Positions 1-9,296 of a stretch of 32,000 nt of DNA are shown here, one piece after another (positions within the stretch are counted from its first letter, which is position 1; every line of letters starts with the position of its first letter). The stretch is from Candidatus Hadarchaeota archaeon (GTDB lineage Archaea; Hadarchaeota; Hadarchaeia; Hadarchaeales; Hadarchaeaceae): contig CAZETV010000001.1 of the NCBI GenBank assembly GCA_964514965.1, positions 90,001-122,000 of the forward strand, written 5' to 3'. The notes beneath the pieces were generated by a model. It was not told where the DNA came from. It made no database searches and saw only the letters and a list, made by a program, of their open reading frames with translations. Position numbers and translations under genes: made by a program.

Positions 1-550
1 CGGACATAATGTAAATGCCGGCAAAGAACTCGGACAATGTTCCTTGAAGGGCGAACGCAACTGCGAGGCCCCCTATCCCAAAGGCTGCGACTAATGCGGT
101 CACTTGAATGCCAAGTGCATCTAGTATAAGTAAGAATGCTACAAAAAAGATGATAATTTTCATGATTTTCTGGAGCGTTGGTACGAGTGTTTTCACGCTG
201 GGGCGCACTGTGCCGTAGTACTTTAATATTCCAGTTATAATCCTCGTGGCGCACCATGTTGTTATTAAGAGTATTAACAGGTAGCTGATGGTCGGGATAT
301 ATCGTATAACCTCAGCAGGGACAAACGTTGCACGCTCAAGAGCAAAGTTAATCCCCATAATCAAGAATATTGCAACTATCGGCACTTTAATAGCAGCGAG
401 AATGATATCGTCGATTTTGGTTTTCGTCTTTCTGGTGAGCCTACTGATGTAAATGTTTAACACAAATCTCAGCGCGTACCCCGCCACAATGAACCCGATT
501 AATATTAAAATCGGCGTTAGTATTTGCCAGAGTTCTTCAATGGTCATCAT
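1..550 (-). CDS. MscS-family mechanosensitive ion channel, N-terminal part (truncated by window start)
   Basis: Reverse-strand translation MMTIEELWQILTPILILIGFIVAGYALRFVLN... with several TM segments, ending at the window edge in the MscS pore signature LVAAFGIGGLAVAFALQGTLSEFFAGIYIMS. Confidence 0.88.
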   Translation of the reverse strand, partial: MMTIEELWQILTPILILIGFIVAGYALRFVLNIYISRLTRKTKTKIDDIILAAIKVPIVAIFLIMGINFALERATFVPAEVIRYIPTISYLLILLITTWCATRIITGILKYYGTVRPSVKTLVPTLQKIMKIIIFFVAFLLILDALGIQVTALVAAFGIGGLAVAFALQGTLSEFFAGIYIMS

Positions 551-588
551 TTACACCAATGTTATTTTATAATCATATCTAAAAAACA

Positions 589-597
589 TATTTAAAA
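589..597 (+). promoter_or_regulatory. Putative archaeal TATA box (TATTTAAAA) for otsA
   Basis: TATTTAAAAC lies about 28 nt upstream of the likely ATG (625), suggesting a leaderless or very short-leader transcript. Confidence 0.45.
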
Positions 598-615
598 CAT
601 CGCTTCCACTATTTC

Positions 616-2106
616 TTGGTTTTAATGGTTTCTGCGAATGATATACAGGTGCTTGTGAAATCTAAGTTGAAAGGATACAAATTTCTAATTGTTTCTAACC
701 GTGAGCCTTACATCCATATGCACACGCCTGATGGGGTGCAGGTTAAGACCCCCGCTGGAGGTCTGACAGCGGCTCTGGACCCCCTGATGCAGACTACCGG
801 CGGAACGTGGGTGGCAGGCGGTAGTGGGGATGCCGATCGGGAAAACGTAAATAAACAAAATCGGTGCCGGGTCCCCCCCAGTAACCCGAAATATGTGCTT
901 AAACGGGTCTGGATGTCAAAGGACGAGGTGGACAAGTTTTACTTCGGTTTTTCGAATCAGACGCTCTGGCCCCTCTGCCATAACGTGTTTCGGGAACCCG
1001 TTTTCAAGAAATCGTTCTGGAACGGTTACAAGCACTCGAACGCACTGTACGCGGAAGCTATCAGGCAGGAGATGAAGGGAATAGATAAAGCTTTCATTTG
1101 GTTTCATGACTATCACTTGGGGCTAGCACCAAGAATGGTCAGGAATGGAGCCCCGAAAAAACAAAAGCTTGTGCTTGCTCATTTTTGGCATATTCCTTGG
1201 CCCACATGGGATACATTCACCCTTCTACCGTGGGGGGAGGCGATACTCGACGGCATGCTCGCGAACGACCTCATTGGTTTTCACCTCCATAGTTATTGTG
1301 TCAACTTCTTGACGAGCGTTGAGAAGGTGATGGGAATTAAACCCGATTACAGGACACTTAACGTGAGATATAAAGGACGCAGCATTCACGTGAGGCCCTT
1401 CCCTATAAGCGTGGATTTTGAAACCATTGATAAACTGGTGAGAAGCCCAGGGGTAAAGCGGGAGATGAAGCGCGTCCGAGCTCTCCAGTACATTCCATAC
1501 AAATATATCGGTGTAGGCGTAGATCGGATTGACTACACAAAGGGCATCATTGAGAGGTTCAGGGCCATAGATCGGTTTTTGGAGAAGTACCCAGAGTACC
1601 AGAATAATTTTGTGTTCGTGGAAGCAGGGGCACCAAGCCGCACACGAATTCCAAAGTATATGGAACTGAACGAGGAGATATCTAAAGTTGTCGAAAAGAT
1701 TAATTGGAAATACATGAGGGGCTATTGGAAACCTATCATTTACATTGGGGGAAAGTTGGGTCCAGATAAACTTTTCGCATTATACAGAACCGCTGATGTT
1801 TGTTTAGTGAGCCCGATTCAAGACGGGATGAACTTGGTGGCGAAGGAATTCATCTCTGCAAATTTAGATTGCACGGGAGCGTTGATGTTAAGCAAATTTG
1901 CGGGAGCAACAGAGGAACTGGAGGGTGCCGTGATAATCAATCCTTATGATGTGGAGGGATTTGCAGACGCGATTAAAGATACTTTGGGCATGTCGCTGAA
2001 AGAGAAGCGCCAAAGGATGAAAAGTCTAAGGGCTAATGTTAAAAGGAATAATGTTTTCAAGTGGTTGTCAGATTTTATTTGCGAGGTCGCAAAATTCATC
2101 TCGTGA
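616..2106 (+). CDS. otsA: Alpha,alpha-trehalose-phosphate synthase (GT20); ATG at 625 probably the real start
   Basis: 496 aa ORF with FLIVSNREPY, TPAGGLTAALDPLM, WFHDYHLGLAPRMVR, HIPWPTWDTF, GVGVDRIDYTKGI, VSPIQDGMNLVAKEFI; followed directly by a trehalose-phosphatase gene. Confidence 0.9.
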   Translation: MVLMVSANDIQVLVKSKLKGYKFLIVSNREPYIHMHTPDGVQVKTPAGGLTAALDPLMQTTGGTWVAGGSGDADRENVNKQNRCRVPPSNPKYVLKRVWMSKDEVDKFYFGFSNQTLWPLCHNVFREPVFKKSFWNGYKHSNALYAEAIRQEMKGIDKAFIWFHDYHLGLAPRMVRNGAPKKQKLVLAHFWHIPWPTWDTFTLLPWGEAILDGMLANDLIGFHLHSYCVNFLTSVEKVMGIKPDYRTLNVRYKGRSIHVRPFPISVDFETIDKLVRSPGVKREMKRVRALQYIPYKYIGVGVDRIDYTKGIIERFRAIDRFLEKYPEYQNNFVFVEAGAPSRTRIPKYMELNEEISKVVEKINWKYMRGYWKPIIYIGGKLGPDKLFALYRTADVCLVSPIQDGMNLVAKEFISANLDCTGALMLSKFAGATEELEGAVIINPYDVEGFADAIKDTLGMSLKEKRQRMKSLRANVKRNNVFKWLSDFICEVAKFIS

Positions 2107-2111
2107 TTCGA

Positions 2112-2897
2112 ATGAAATATCTTTTTGATTTCTGGGAGGAAGTGAAGCGAGCTTTAACGCCTGGCGCTTTGTTGTTGCTCGATTACGATGGCACCCTCAC
2201 TCCCATTGTCGAGAGACCAGAACTTGCTACTCTCTCACCAGATATGGGGGAATTACTTAAACGTGTGTCCCAGCACTACACGCTGGGGATAATAAGCGGC
2301 AGGTCGCTCGCTGATGTGAAAAGGCTAGTTGGGCTGGAGGGGATATATTATGCGGGAAACCATGGTTTCAAAATAATTGGTCCGGGGGTGAAATTAGTCA
2401 AACCCGAGGCCGAGCGTGTGTGCTCAACTTTAATCAAATTTTGCAAGGAGTTACAGGAAAAACTGAGCAAAATCAAGGGAGCGATTGTTGAGAACAAGGG
2501 ATTGACGGCAAGCGTTCATTACCGATTAGTCGCGGGGGGGGAGTTTGGCCATCTAAAAAACATTTTTGAAAAGGTGGTTAGTCCGTACATAGATTCAGGG
2601 GTAATAAAAGTTACCCGTGGTAAGAAAGTTTTCGAGATAAGACCGAACATTGAGTGGGACAAAGGGAAAGCTGTGCTTTGGATATATAGTGTAGTTGACC
2701 CCAAAGGAAAGCTCAAGCCAATTTATGTAGGAGATGACCAAACAGATGAGGACGCTTTTTTGGCTTTGAAAGAAAAGGGCATAACTATCTTGATTTCTGA
2801 GGAGCCGATAGAATCGAACGCAAAATACTTCGTAAAAAATATCGACGAGGTTAAGACATTTTTTGAAAAACTAATAAATCTTAGCGCAGATATTTAG
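2112..2897 (+). CDS. otsB: Trehalose-6-phosphate phosphatase (HAD superfamily)
   Basis: LLLLDYDGTLTPIV (HAD motif I), GIISGRSLADV, YAGNHGF, PIYVGDDQTDEDAF; ATG at 2112 just after the otsA stop (track ORF opens at 2061). Confidence 0.9.
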   Translation: MKYLFDFWEEVKRALTPGALLLLDYDGTLTPIVERPELATLSPDMGELLKRVSQHYTLGIISGRSLADVKRLVGLEGIYYAGNHGFKIIGPGVKLVKPEAERVCSTLIKFCKELQEKLSKIKGAIVENKGLTASVHYRLVAGGEFGHLKNIFEKVVSPYIDSGVIKVTRGKKVFEIRPNIEWDKGKAVLWIYSVVDPKGKLKPIYVGDDQTDEDAFLALKEKGITILISEEPIESNAKYFVKNIDEVKTFFEKLINLSADI

Positions 2898-2908
2898 GGG
2901 GAATGTGA

Positions 2909-3925
2909 ATGAAAGCATTGATGCTAGCGGGCGGGTTTGCGACTCGACTTGGTACTATCGGCGAGCAGATGCCCAAGGCAATGATAGTTGTCGAAGGGGA
3001 CACAGTTCTTGGCCATTTGATTAAGAAGCTCGAAAATGAGAAAATTGAGCCGATAATCTCGACAAATAAAAAGTTTGAGAATTTTTTTGAAAGATATAAA
3101 AATGTTTTTGTCGAAGAAGCGACGGCGGAGGAAGAAAAACTTGGGGCAGTTCAGGCAATAAATAATGCAATCAAAAAGCTGAAAATTGATGAGGATCTTT
3201 TGGTAGTGTGTGCCGACAATTATTTCTCCTCCGATTTCAATAGTTTCGTCTCCAGTTACACAGGTGAGCCGCTCATCGGCGTTTATCACGCGGGTCAAAA
3301 CCCAGACATGAATCCAGAAGAGATGGCGACGATGAAATTTAAGGGAAGCGAAAGTTTTCCGCCGCCGGAGCAGAGCTTTTATCTAACCGATTTTAAAGAA
3401 AAAGTTAAACCGCCACTTAGCGATTACGTCAGTGCTGGCATATACCTCTACCCAAAATCAATTTTTCCAATATTAGACGAGTTCTGCAAGAGTGGAACTC
3501 AGGATGCTCCCGGATTTTTCATTCAACATTTGCAGGAACGTGGCGTGAAAGTCAAGGGCTATTTGTTCGGGGGTGAGTGGCACGATGTATCTCACAAGAG
3601 TTACCTCCAAGTCTTTAGTGATGCAAGACTCGTGAGGAGCGATGACCGTTACATTATATGTGATAAACCCTTGGGCGAGAACTTGGTGCTTTCGATCACA
3701 ATTTTGCATGCGGGTAAACACACGACTGGGCATTCCCACTCGGTTAATGAGGTTTACTTCTTTGTCGAGGGGCAGGGCGAGATTGAGCTAGATGGTGAGC
3801 GGAGGGTCGTGAGGAGTAAGGATGTATTACCTATAAAGCCTGACGAGTTTCACCGTGTTTACAACACATCGGACATAGATCTCATCTTCATGTGTGTGTT
3901 TGAAAAATATGGGGAGAGGGGATAG
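2909..3925 (+). CDS. Sugar-phosphate nucleotidyltransferase fused to C-terminal cupin domain
   Basis: N-terminal MKALMLAGGFATRLGTIGEQMPKAM; VVCADNYF; C-terminal HTTGHSHSVNEVYFFVEGQGEIELDGERRVVRSKDVLPIKPDEFHRVYN is a cupin. Confidence 0.8.
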   Translation: MKALMLAGGFATRLGTIGEQMPKAMIVVEGDTVLGHLIKKLENEKIEPIISTNKKFENFFERYKNVFVEEATAEEEKLGAVQAINNAIKKLKIDEDLLVVCADNYFSSDFNSFVSSYTGEPLIGVYHAGQNPDMNPEEMATMKFKGSESFPPPEQSFYLTDFKEKVKPPLSDYVSAGIYLYPKSIFPILDEFCKSGTQDAPGFFIQHLQERGVKVKGYLFGGEWHDVSHKSYLQVFSDARLVRSDDRYIICDKPLGENLVLSITILHAGKHTTGHSHSVNEVYFFVEGQGEIELDGERRVVRSKDVLPIKPDEFHRVYNTSDIDLIFMCVFEKYGERG

Positions 3926-3970
3926 CTCCAAAAGTAAAAGTCGAAAAGCTTTGAGTATTCTGGGATAAAT

Positions 3971-5011
3971 TTGACAAAGATTAAGTTTGAAAAGAGGGTT
4001 CAAGAAGCTAAGCTACTAAGTCCTCTACAGGATTTCAAACTGGTTACCCAACCAATCGAACTTAGAAAGGATCCACTTACTGGAAGACGGTGCAGAATAA
4101 ATCTTGAGCGCGCGAAAAGGCCGAAACAAGCAACCGAGATAACCGACATAGAAAATATCATCGAAGCCTCTCGGGCCAAATGCTTCTTCTGCTCAGAAAA
4201 TTTGGAGAAAATGACTCCAATGTTCCCAGAGGATTTCCCGGAGGGTAGGATAAAGGTCGGAACCGCATGTATATTCCCGAATCTCTTTCCGTTTGGTGCT
4301 TTTCACGCAGTTGGGGTCTTCTCGGGAGATCACCACCTAGGTCTTAGTCAATTTTCACCTGAGTTACTTGAGGATTGTTTCGAGGGGTGTTTGAGGTATT
4401 TCGAGCAAGTACACGCGAGGCATCCTGAAATCAAGTATTGGCACATAAACTGGAACTACATGCCGCCTGCTGCTGCCAGCATCATCCATCCGCACGTTCA
4501 GCTCACGGCTGACTCGGACCCGACTTCACGGTTCAAAGAATTAATCACAAGCAGCAAATCCTATTTCGATAGGGAAAGGAGTAATTATTGGTCAGACTTA
4601 GCGGAGGCGGAGAGAGAGAAAGGAGAGAGGTTTATCGAGAAAACTGGCCCCGTGGTTTGGATTACGAGTTTTGCTCCCGAAGGAAACAGCGAGGTTGTAG
4701 CAGTCTTCACAGGAATTTCCGCGATGACCGACCTCAAAAAACGCGGGCTCGGATATTTTTGCGATGGACTTTCTCGAATTTTGGAGGGTTATCATGCTCT
4801 TGGAGTTCAGAGTTTTAACATGGCGACATTTTCGGGTCCATGTGATGAGAACTTAAGCGAGTATTACCTTCTCAATGCGAAGTTGGTGTCTAGACCTAGC
4901 CCGAGACAATTTTATACGAGCGACGACGGTTTCATGGAGAAACTTCATCACGAGAGTATTGTCGAGACCATGCCAGAAACCCTTGCTGGAAAATTAAGGG
5001 AACACTTCTAG
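3971..5011 (+). CDS. GalT/HIT-superfamily nucleotidyltransferase or phosphorylase
   Basis: CFFCSENLEK Cys pair and IIHPHVQLTADSDPT (HPH..Q nucleophile-type motif), overall galactose-1-phosphate uridylyltransferase-like layout. Confidence 0.7.
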   Translation: MTKIKFEKRVQEAKLLSPLQDFKLVTQPIELRKDPLTGRRCRINLERAKRPKQATEITDIENIIEASRAKCFFCSENLEKMTPMFPEDFPEGRIKVGTACIFPNLFPFGAFHAVGVFSGDHHLGLSQFSPELLEDCFEGCLRYFEQVHARHPEIKYWHINWNYMPPAAASIIHPHVQLTADSDPTSRFKELITSSKSYFDRERSNYWSDLAEAEREKGERFIEKTGPVVWITSFAPEGNSEVVAVFTGISAMTDLKKRGLGYFCDGLSRILEGYHALGVQSFNMATFSGPCDENLSEYYLLNAKLVSRPSPRQFYTSDDGFMEKLHHESIVETMPETLAGKLREHF

Positions 5012-5026
5012 CCATTGATGCGGAGC

Positions 5027-6394
5027 CTATTCGCCGAGCACATCGGAGAAAACATTCAAAAGAGCTTGGGCGCCTTGCTTGATGTAACATCTTTTCGCAG
5101 TTTCAAATCCCAATTTTCCCATTTCGTTTGCAGCTCCGGGTTTCGAAAGCACTCTGGTTATCTTGCTTGCGAGTTCTTCGTGATCGTTTGGGGAAAAGAT
5201 GCAACCGTTTTCTCCATCAGTGATGAGTTCGGAGACCCCGGCTCCCGAACTGACCACGACGGGCTTTTTGTATAGCCACCCCTCAAGTACCGCTAACCCG
5301 AAGCCCTCCAACACAGAGGGTAGGACCAACACATCGGCTCTCGTATAAGCTGCTCTTAGCTCATCACCTTTTATGTATCGGGTGAAGATGATTTTTTGGC
5401 GGACACCAAGCTTGTTCGCCAGTCGTTCTAACCTATCTAACCATCTTACTCCTTTCGTGATCCCCAGACCACCCGTGCGAGCACTCGAAAAGCTCCCGTT
5501 TCCGACTAGCACAAGTTTTGCAGTAGGAAAGTGTTTGATAATTCGCGCCAGAACTCTAACTGCAGTGTCTTGACTTTTTATTGGATCAAGACGGGCAACC
5601 ACAAGGATTATCAGGTCATCGTTTTTGATTCCAAACCTCTCGCAAAACTGATTGACTCTACTGTCCGACGCTCGACCGTACGCTCTTTCATCGATGTGGG
5701 GGTAAATCTGATAAATCCGACCTTTAAAACCAGCTTTTGACAAACTCCGCTTGTATTTCTTACAACTAACGATGACGGCATCGTAGTCGTTTAGATATCT
5801 CCGTAAAAAGGCACTCCATCCCGGAGTCATCTTCGTCATGTCGAGAGGAATGTGCCATCGGAAAATTTTTCGCGTTACTGGGCCAGTCATTGACCCAACC
5901 AAAAGCAGCTGGAAATCGTGCACGTAAAACATGTCAAAATTAATCTCGGCGTGCAAGTCCATCATCTTCTTCGCGTAGTACCAGTTGAAGAGGGCATAGT
6001 CAACGAAGTGCTTGCGGGGAATCCACGTTTGTTCTAAACCGTGAACGTTTCTCCACATTGATTCCTTGAAGTGCCCGTAGCTAGCCATTTCATGGAATTC
6101 TAATTCAATCCGGTGTAGCACTATCCCGCCGAACGATGTCATCTCAGGGCTCAGAGGATTAATCGCCACCCAGTGGGGTCTCCGAATCTTATTTGTCTTG
6201 TACATCCATTGAAGCATTGGGGCGACCATGCCTGTAACTCCGCCCGGTGTATAAACGAAGTCTTCACCTTCCAAGAGCATTTTTAGCTGCATCGGTTTCG
6301 AGAGGTCACCATATTTCTCAAACAGTGCATCAGGATCTAACTTAAACCGTACTGGAGGAGTTTGAGAGCTTACGCATAGTGATACTTTTCGCAT
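5027..6394 (-). CDS. treT: GT4-family trehalose synthase (TreT-like glycosyltransferring synthase)
   Basis: FYVHDFQLLLVGSMTG, FRWHIPLDMTKM, VARLDPIKSQDTAVRVL, VLPSVLEGFGLAVLEGWLYKKPVVVSSGAGVSELI; likely start MRKVSLC at 6394 with an AT-rich promoter upstream. Confidence 0.75.
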   Translation of the reverse strand: MRKVSLCVSSQTPPVRFKLDPDALFEKYGDLSKPMQLKMLLEGEDFVYTPGGVTGMVAPMLQWMYKTNKIRRPHWVAINPLSPEMTSFGGIVLHRIELEFHEMASYGHFKESMWRNVHGLEQTWIPRKHFVDYALFNWYYAKKMMDLHAEINFDMFYVHDFQLLLVGSMTGPVTRKIFRWHIPLDMTKMTPGWSAFLRRYLNDYDAVIVSCKKYKRSLSKAGFKGRIYQIYPHIDERAYGRASDSRVNQFCERFGIKNDDLIILVVARLDPIKSQDTAVRVLARIIKHFPTAKLVLVGNGSFSSARTGGLGITKGVRWLDRLERLANKLGVRQKIIFTRYIKGDELRAAYTRADVLVLPSVLEGFGLAVLEGWLYKKPVVVSSGAGVSELITDGENGCIFSPNDHEELASKITRVLSKPGAANEMGKLGFETAKRCYIKQGAQALLNVFSDVLGE

Positions 6395-6453
6395 TAAAGT
6401 TAATCTGTTAACTACCTTTTTACATTTTTCGAAACTAAAAAATAGATTTAAAA

Positions 6454-6859
6454 TTAAGCATGCTGAGTGTATTGTAGTTTGAGAAATTGAGTCGGTTTGC
6501 AAATTTTTGTTTGGGTGAACTCTCCAAGTTCTAGTAAATGATAATCGGAAGTAATCAAGTAATCCGCTTTACCTTCGAGAGCACATTCCAATAATTTGTC
6601 ATCCTCGGGGTCGCTTAATTTTGAAAACTTTTTGAGTTGGTTCAACTTGGGAAGCTTTTATAAAAAGACTTTTCACTTTTTCCTGGAATTCTCTATTCGC
6701 CTTCACGTTTCCCAATATCCGCTCTATTTCTTCACGAAGTTGGGAAGAGAAAATTAATTAGTGTTTGTTCTCGAGGCAAAGTTCAATGATTTTTGCTGAA
6801 GCACTTTTTCGATTAAAATAAGCCGCAATGAAAATATTCGTATCTAAAATCACCTTCAA
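6454..6859 (-). pseudogene. PIN-domain (VapC-like) toxin pseudogene: in-frame stop plus frameshift
   Basis: Reverse strand reads LKVILDTNIFIAAYFNRKSASAKIIELCLENKH*LIFSSQLREEIERILGNVKANREFQEKVKSLFIKASQVEPTQKV, then continues in another frame as KLSDPEDDKLLECALEGKADYLITSDYHLLELGEF...KPTQFL. Together these make one complete PIN domain. Confidence 0.8.
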
Positions 6860-6877
6860 CAATCTCCGCTCCTAAAA

Positions 6878-7468
6878 TCATAGCACGGCATTAACTAATT
6901 CCCTTATTTCTGCTTGAGCTTCATCGTATGAACACGTTCCATTGACTATTTTTAGTCTCTTCTGCTTGGCGATACGCAAATAATTTTGACGTACTAGTTC
7001 TTGGAGTCGCAGGTTTCTTTCGAACTCATCAAGCCTGCGTGATGACTTGATTCGGGCAAACGCAACATCAACGGGCACATCGATTAGAATACCCAAGTCT
7101 GGCATGAGCGCATGTTTGTTGATTGAACTTATCCAGTTCGTCGATAATCCTCTCGCCGACTGATATGCGAGCGAAGAGCTAACGTACCTTTCATTCAGCA
7201 CCACCTTCCCAGTTCTGAGGGCGGGTTGAATAACATCCGAAATATGTTGCGCCCTGTCGGCGGCGAACAACAGCGCTTCGGCAGCGATTGGAAGATTAAG
7301 CTTTCCCATTAATGCGCGTTTGATTGTTCTTCCGATTGCGCCATTCGTCGGTTCATCTGTAACGACTACCTTGTGATCATGGGAGCGGAGCCATCTAGCT
7401 AACAATTTGACATGAGTGCTCTTGCCGCATCCATCGATCCCCTCGATTGAGATAAACTTTCCTTTCAT
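6878..7468 (-). CDS. tmk: Thymidylate kinase
   Basis: 196 aa; KFISIEGIDGCGKSTHVKLLARWL P-loop, VVTDEPT, LLFAADRAQHI, VVLNERYVSSSLAYQ. Confidence 0.9.
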   Translation of the reverse strand: MKGKFISIEGIDGCGKSTHVKLLARWLRSHDHKVVVTDEPTNGAIGRTIKRALMGKLNLPIAAEALLFAADRAQHISDVIQPALRTGKVVLNERYVSSSLAYQSARGLSTNWISSINKHALMPDLGILIDVPVDVAFARIKSSRRLDEFERNLRLQELVRQNYLRIAKQKRLKIVNGTCSYDEAQAEIRELVNAVL

Positions 7469-7514
7469 GTTAGCACTAAAGTCCCTAACATTAGTAGACC
7501 TATGTAGCTATCGG

Positions 7515-8684
7515 TCAGCCTGAAGGGATGGGCAGGCACAGCAGGAAAACGATGAAGGTCGCAACAGCAAGCCATTTCTGGCGTTTTGAGAGCCTTGAAA
7601 CATCGTCAAGTGCACCAATGTGGTATCCTCTGAACATAAGAAGGATAAGGAAGCCGAATATCCAGAGAGGGAGTTCAGGGAAAAAGAAACCGAAGAGGAG
7701 GAGGCCGAAACCAAGCATGCGGGTGAGCTCGTAGTGTCGCTCTCGGCTCATCAACCCCCGCGCGACGTGCCCACCGTCAAGCTGCCCAGCAGGAAGCAAG
7801 TTGAACATCGTCACCAGAAGCACCACCCATCCTGCGAATGCGAGTGGGTTGATACTCATAGCAGCGGGCATATAGCCGAAAGCGAGCACTTGCAGCACGG
7901 CAAATATCGCTGGCGTGAAAAAAAGGGAGAGCCCTCCGTCGGGTTTTGACAACATCAGGCCAATGGCGGTGAGTGGGAGAGCTACAATGAAACCCAACAG
8001 CGGCCCAGTAGCTCCCATCTCGACCAAAGCCTCTTTCGTCGGGATGGGACTTTTGATACGGATGACCGCGCCTAAAGTACCAAGCAATAGTGGCGCCGGG
8101 ATAAAATAAGGCAATGTTGACTCAACTCCATTTCGCCACGCCGCAATTTTGTGGCCGAATTCATGCGCCCCCAACATGAGCATTATCGAGGCGGAGAACA
8201 GAACACCATATAGAGTTTTGTCGAAAAGCAAGAAGTAACCAGAGATCAAGAAATAGCCAGCTAGGAAGGTCGTTAAGAAGGTCACACCCAAGAGGAGCAA
8301 ATTTATAGTGATTCTGCTCTTGCCAACGCTAGGATATTTCACCATCAACAACCTGAGCTCTCCATTATGTCTGCGCATCGCGGGTAGATAGCCCCCCTGC
8401 TTGGCTGCGCCTAGCAATGCGCGAAATGATTGTTTGGGGTCGCGCGCGATCACTTCTTCTACCCGCTCTTTTGAAGTGGCGAAGTCCGAAATCTCGAAAT
8501 GTTTTGCAACGAGTTCCAGCAGTTCTGCCAGCCATTTGGGCGGCTCATTGGCAACAACTTTTAAGTCTTTGCCGCATTTGGGGCACTCATTTTGAGCGAG
8601 TTCACCTATCTCTCGCACAGACATTCGATAATCAGAATATTCGCAGCTGATACACTCGAACTTAGCGACCGGGAGTTTCTTCAT
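7515..8684 (-). CDS. Site-2 protease family (M50) membrane metalloprotease with N-terminal zinc ribbon
   Basis: HEFGH (in MLMLGAHEFGHKIAA), NLLPAGQLDGGHVARGL, multiple TM segments; N-terminus CISCEYSD...CPKCGKD. Confidence 0.88.
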   Translation of the reverse strand: MKKLPVAKFECISCEYSDYRMSVREIGELAQNECPKCGKDLKVVANEPPKWLAELLELVAKHFEISDFATSKERVEEVIARDPKQSFRALLGAAKQGGYLPAMRRHNGELRLLMVKYPSVGKSRITINLLLLGVTFLTTFLAGYFLISGYFLLFDKTLYGVLFSASIMLMLGAHEFGHKIAAWRNGVESTLPYFIPAPLLLGTLGAVIRIKSPIPTKEALVEMGATGPLLGFIVALPLTAIGLMLSKPDGGLSLFFTPAIFAVLQVLAFGYMPAAMSINPLAFAGWVVLLVTMFNLLPAGQLDGGHVARGLMSRERHYELTRMLGFGLLLFGFFFPELPLWIFGFLILLMFRGYHIGALDDVSRLSKRQKWLAVATFIVFLLCLPIPSG

Positions 8685-8693
8685 TCCGTTTCC

Positions 8694-9257
8694 CTACTCA
8701 TTATATCCTTGCCATCGTTGATAGAGTTGATGTTCGACCCCAAATGCATCTAGAATTCGCCCGACGATAAAGTCTACTAGGTCTGAGATTTTTTCCGGTT
8801 TGTGATAAAATGCGGGGCAGGCGGGTAAAATAATCGCTCCAGCGCGCCTAAGCTTGGCCATATTTTCAAGGTGGATTAAATTGAGCGGCGTCTCCCGCGG
8901 CACGAGCACTAGAGGGCGGTTTTGTTTTAGCGTGACATCGGCCGCCCGCGAGATGAGGTCAGCTGTCACCCCGCTTGCTATAGCCCCAAGAGTCTTCATG
9001 CTGCATGGAGCGATTACCATTCCGTCCGTGCGAAAGGAGCCGCTGGCAGAAGGGGCTGCTAAATCTTCACACGAGTAGACCCGCGTCGCCAGTTCTCGAA
9101 GCTCTTCAACGCTTTTTCCTAGCTCAAGTTTCACAATAATTTCAGCTGCTTTAGAAATTATAAGGTCAACCTCAATTCCCAGCTGGCGACAGATTTCAAG
9201 CAGCCTCGCGCCGTAGACCGCGCCACTGGATCCCGTGATGGCAACGATTAGATGCAT
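8694..9257 (-). CDS. ubiX: UbiX-family flavin prenyltransferase
   Basis: MHLIVAITGSSGAVYGARLLE, DGMVIAPCSMKTLGAIASG, RPLVLVPRETPLNLIHLENM, GAIILPACPAFYHKP. Confidence 0.9.
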   Translation of the reverse strand: MHLIVAITGSSGAVYGARLLEICRQLGIEVDLIISKAAEIIVKLELGKSVEELRELATRVYSCEDLAAPSASGSFRTDGMVIAPCSMKTLGAIASGVTADLISRAADVTLKQNRPLVLVPRETPLNLIHLENMAKLRRAGAIILPACPAFYHKPEKISDLVDFIVGRILDAFGVEHQLYQRWQGYNE

Positions 9258-9296
9258 GGGTACCCCAAACTGTATTCTCTTGAGGGGGGCAAGTTT

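Noticed and set aside
2061-2111. Upstream extension of otsB overlapping otsA
   Set aside because: The ATG at 2112 lies just after the otsA stop and gives a normal OtsB N-terminus; the 17 extra residues are the out-of-frame otsA 3' end.
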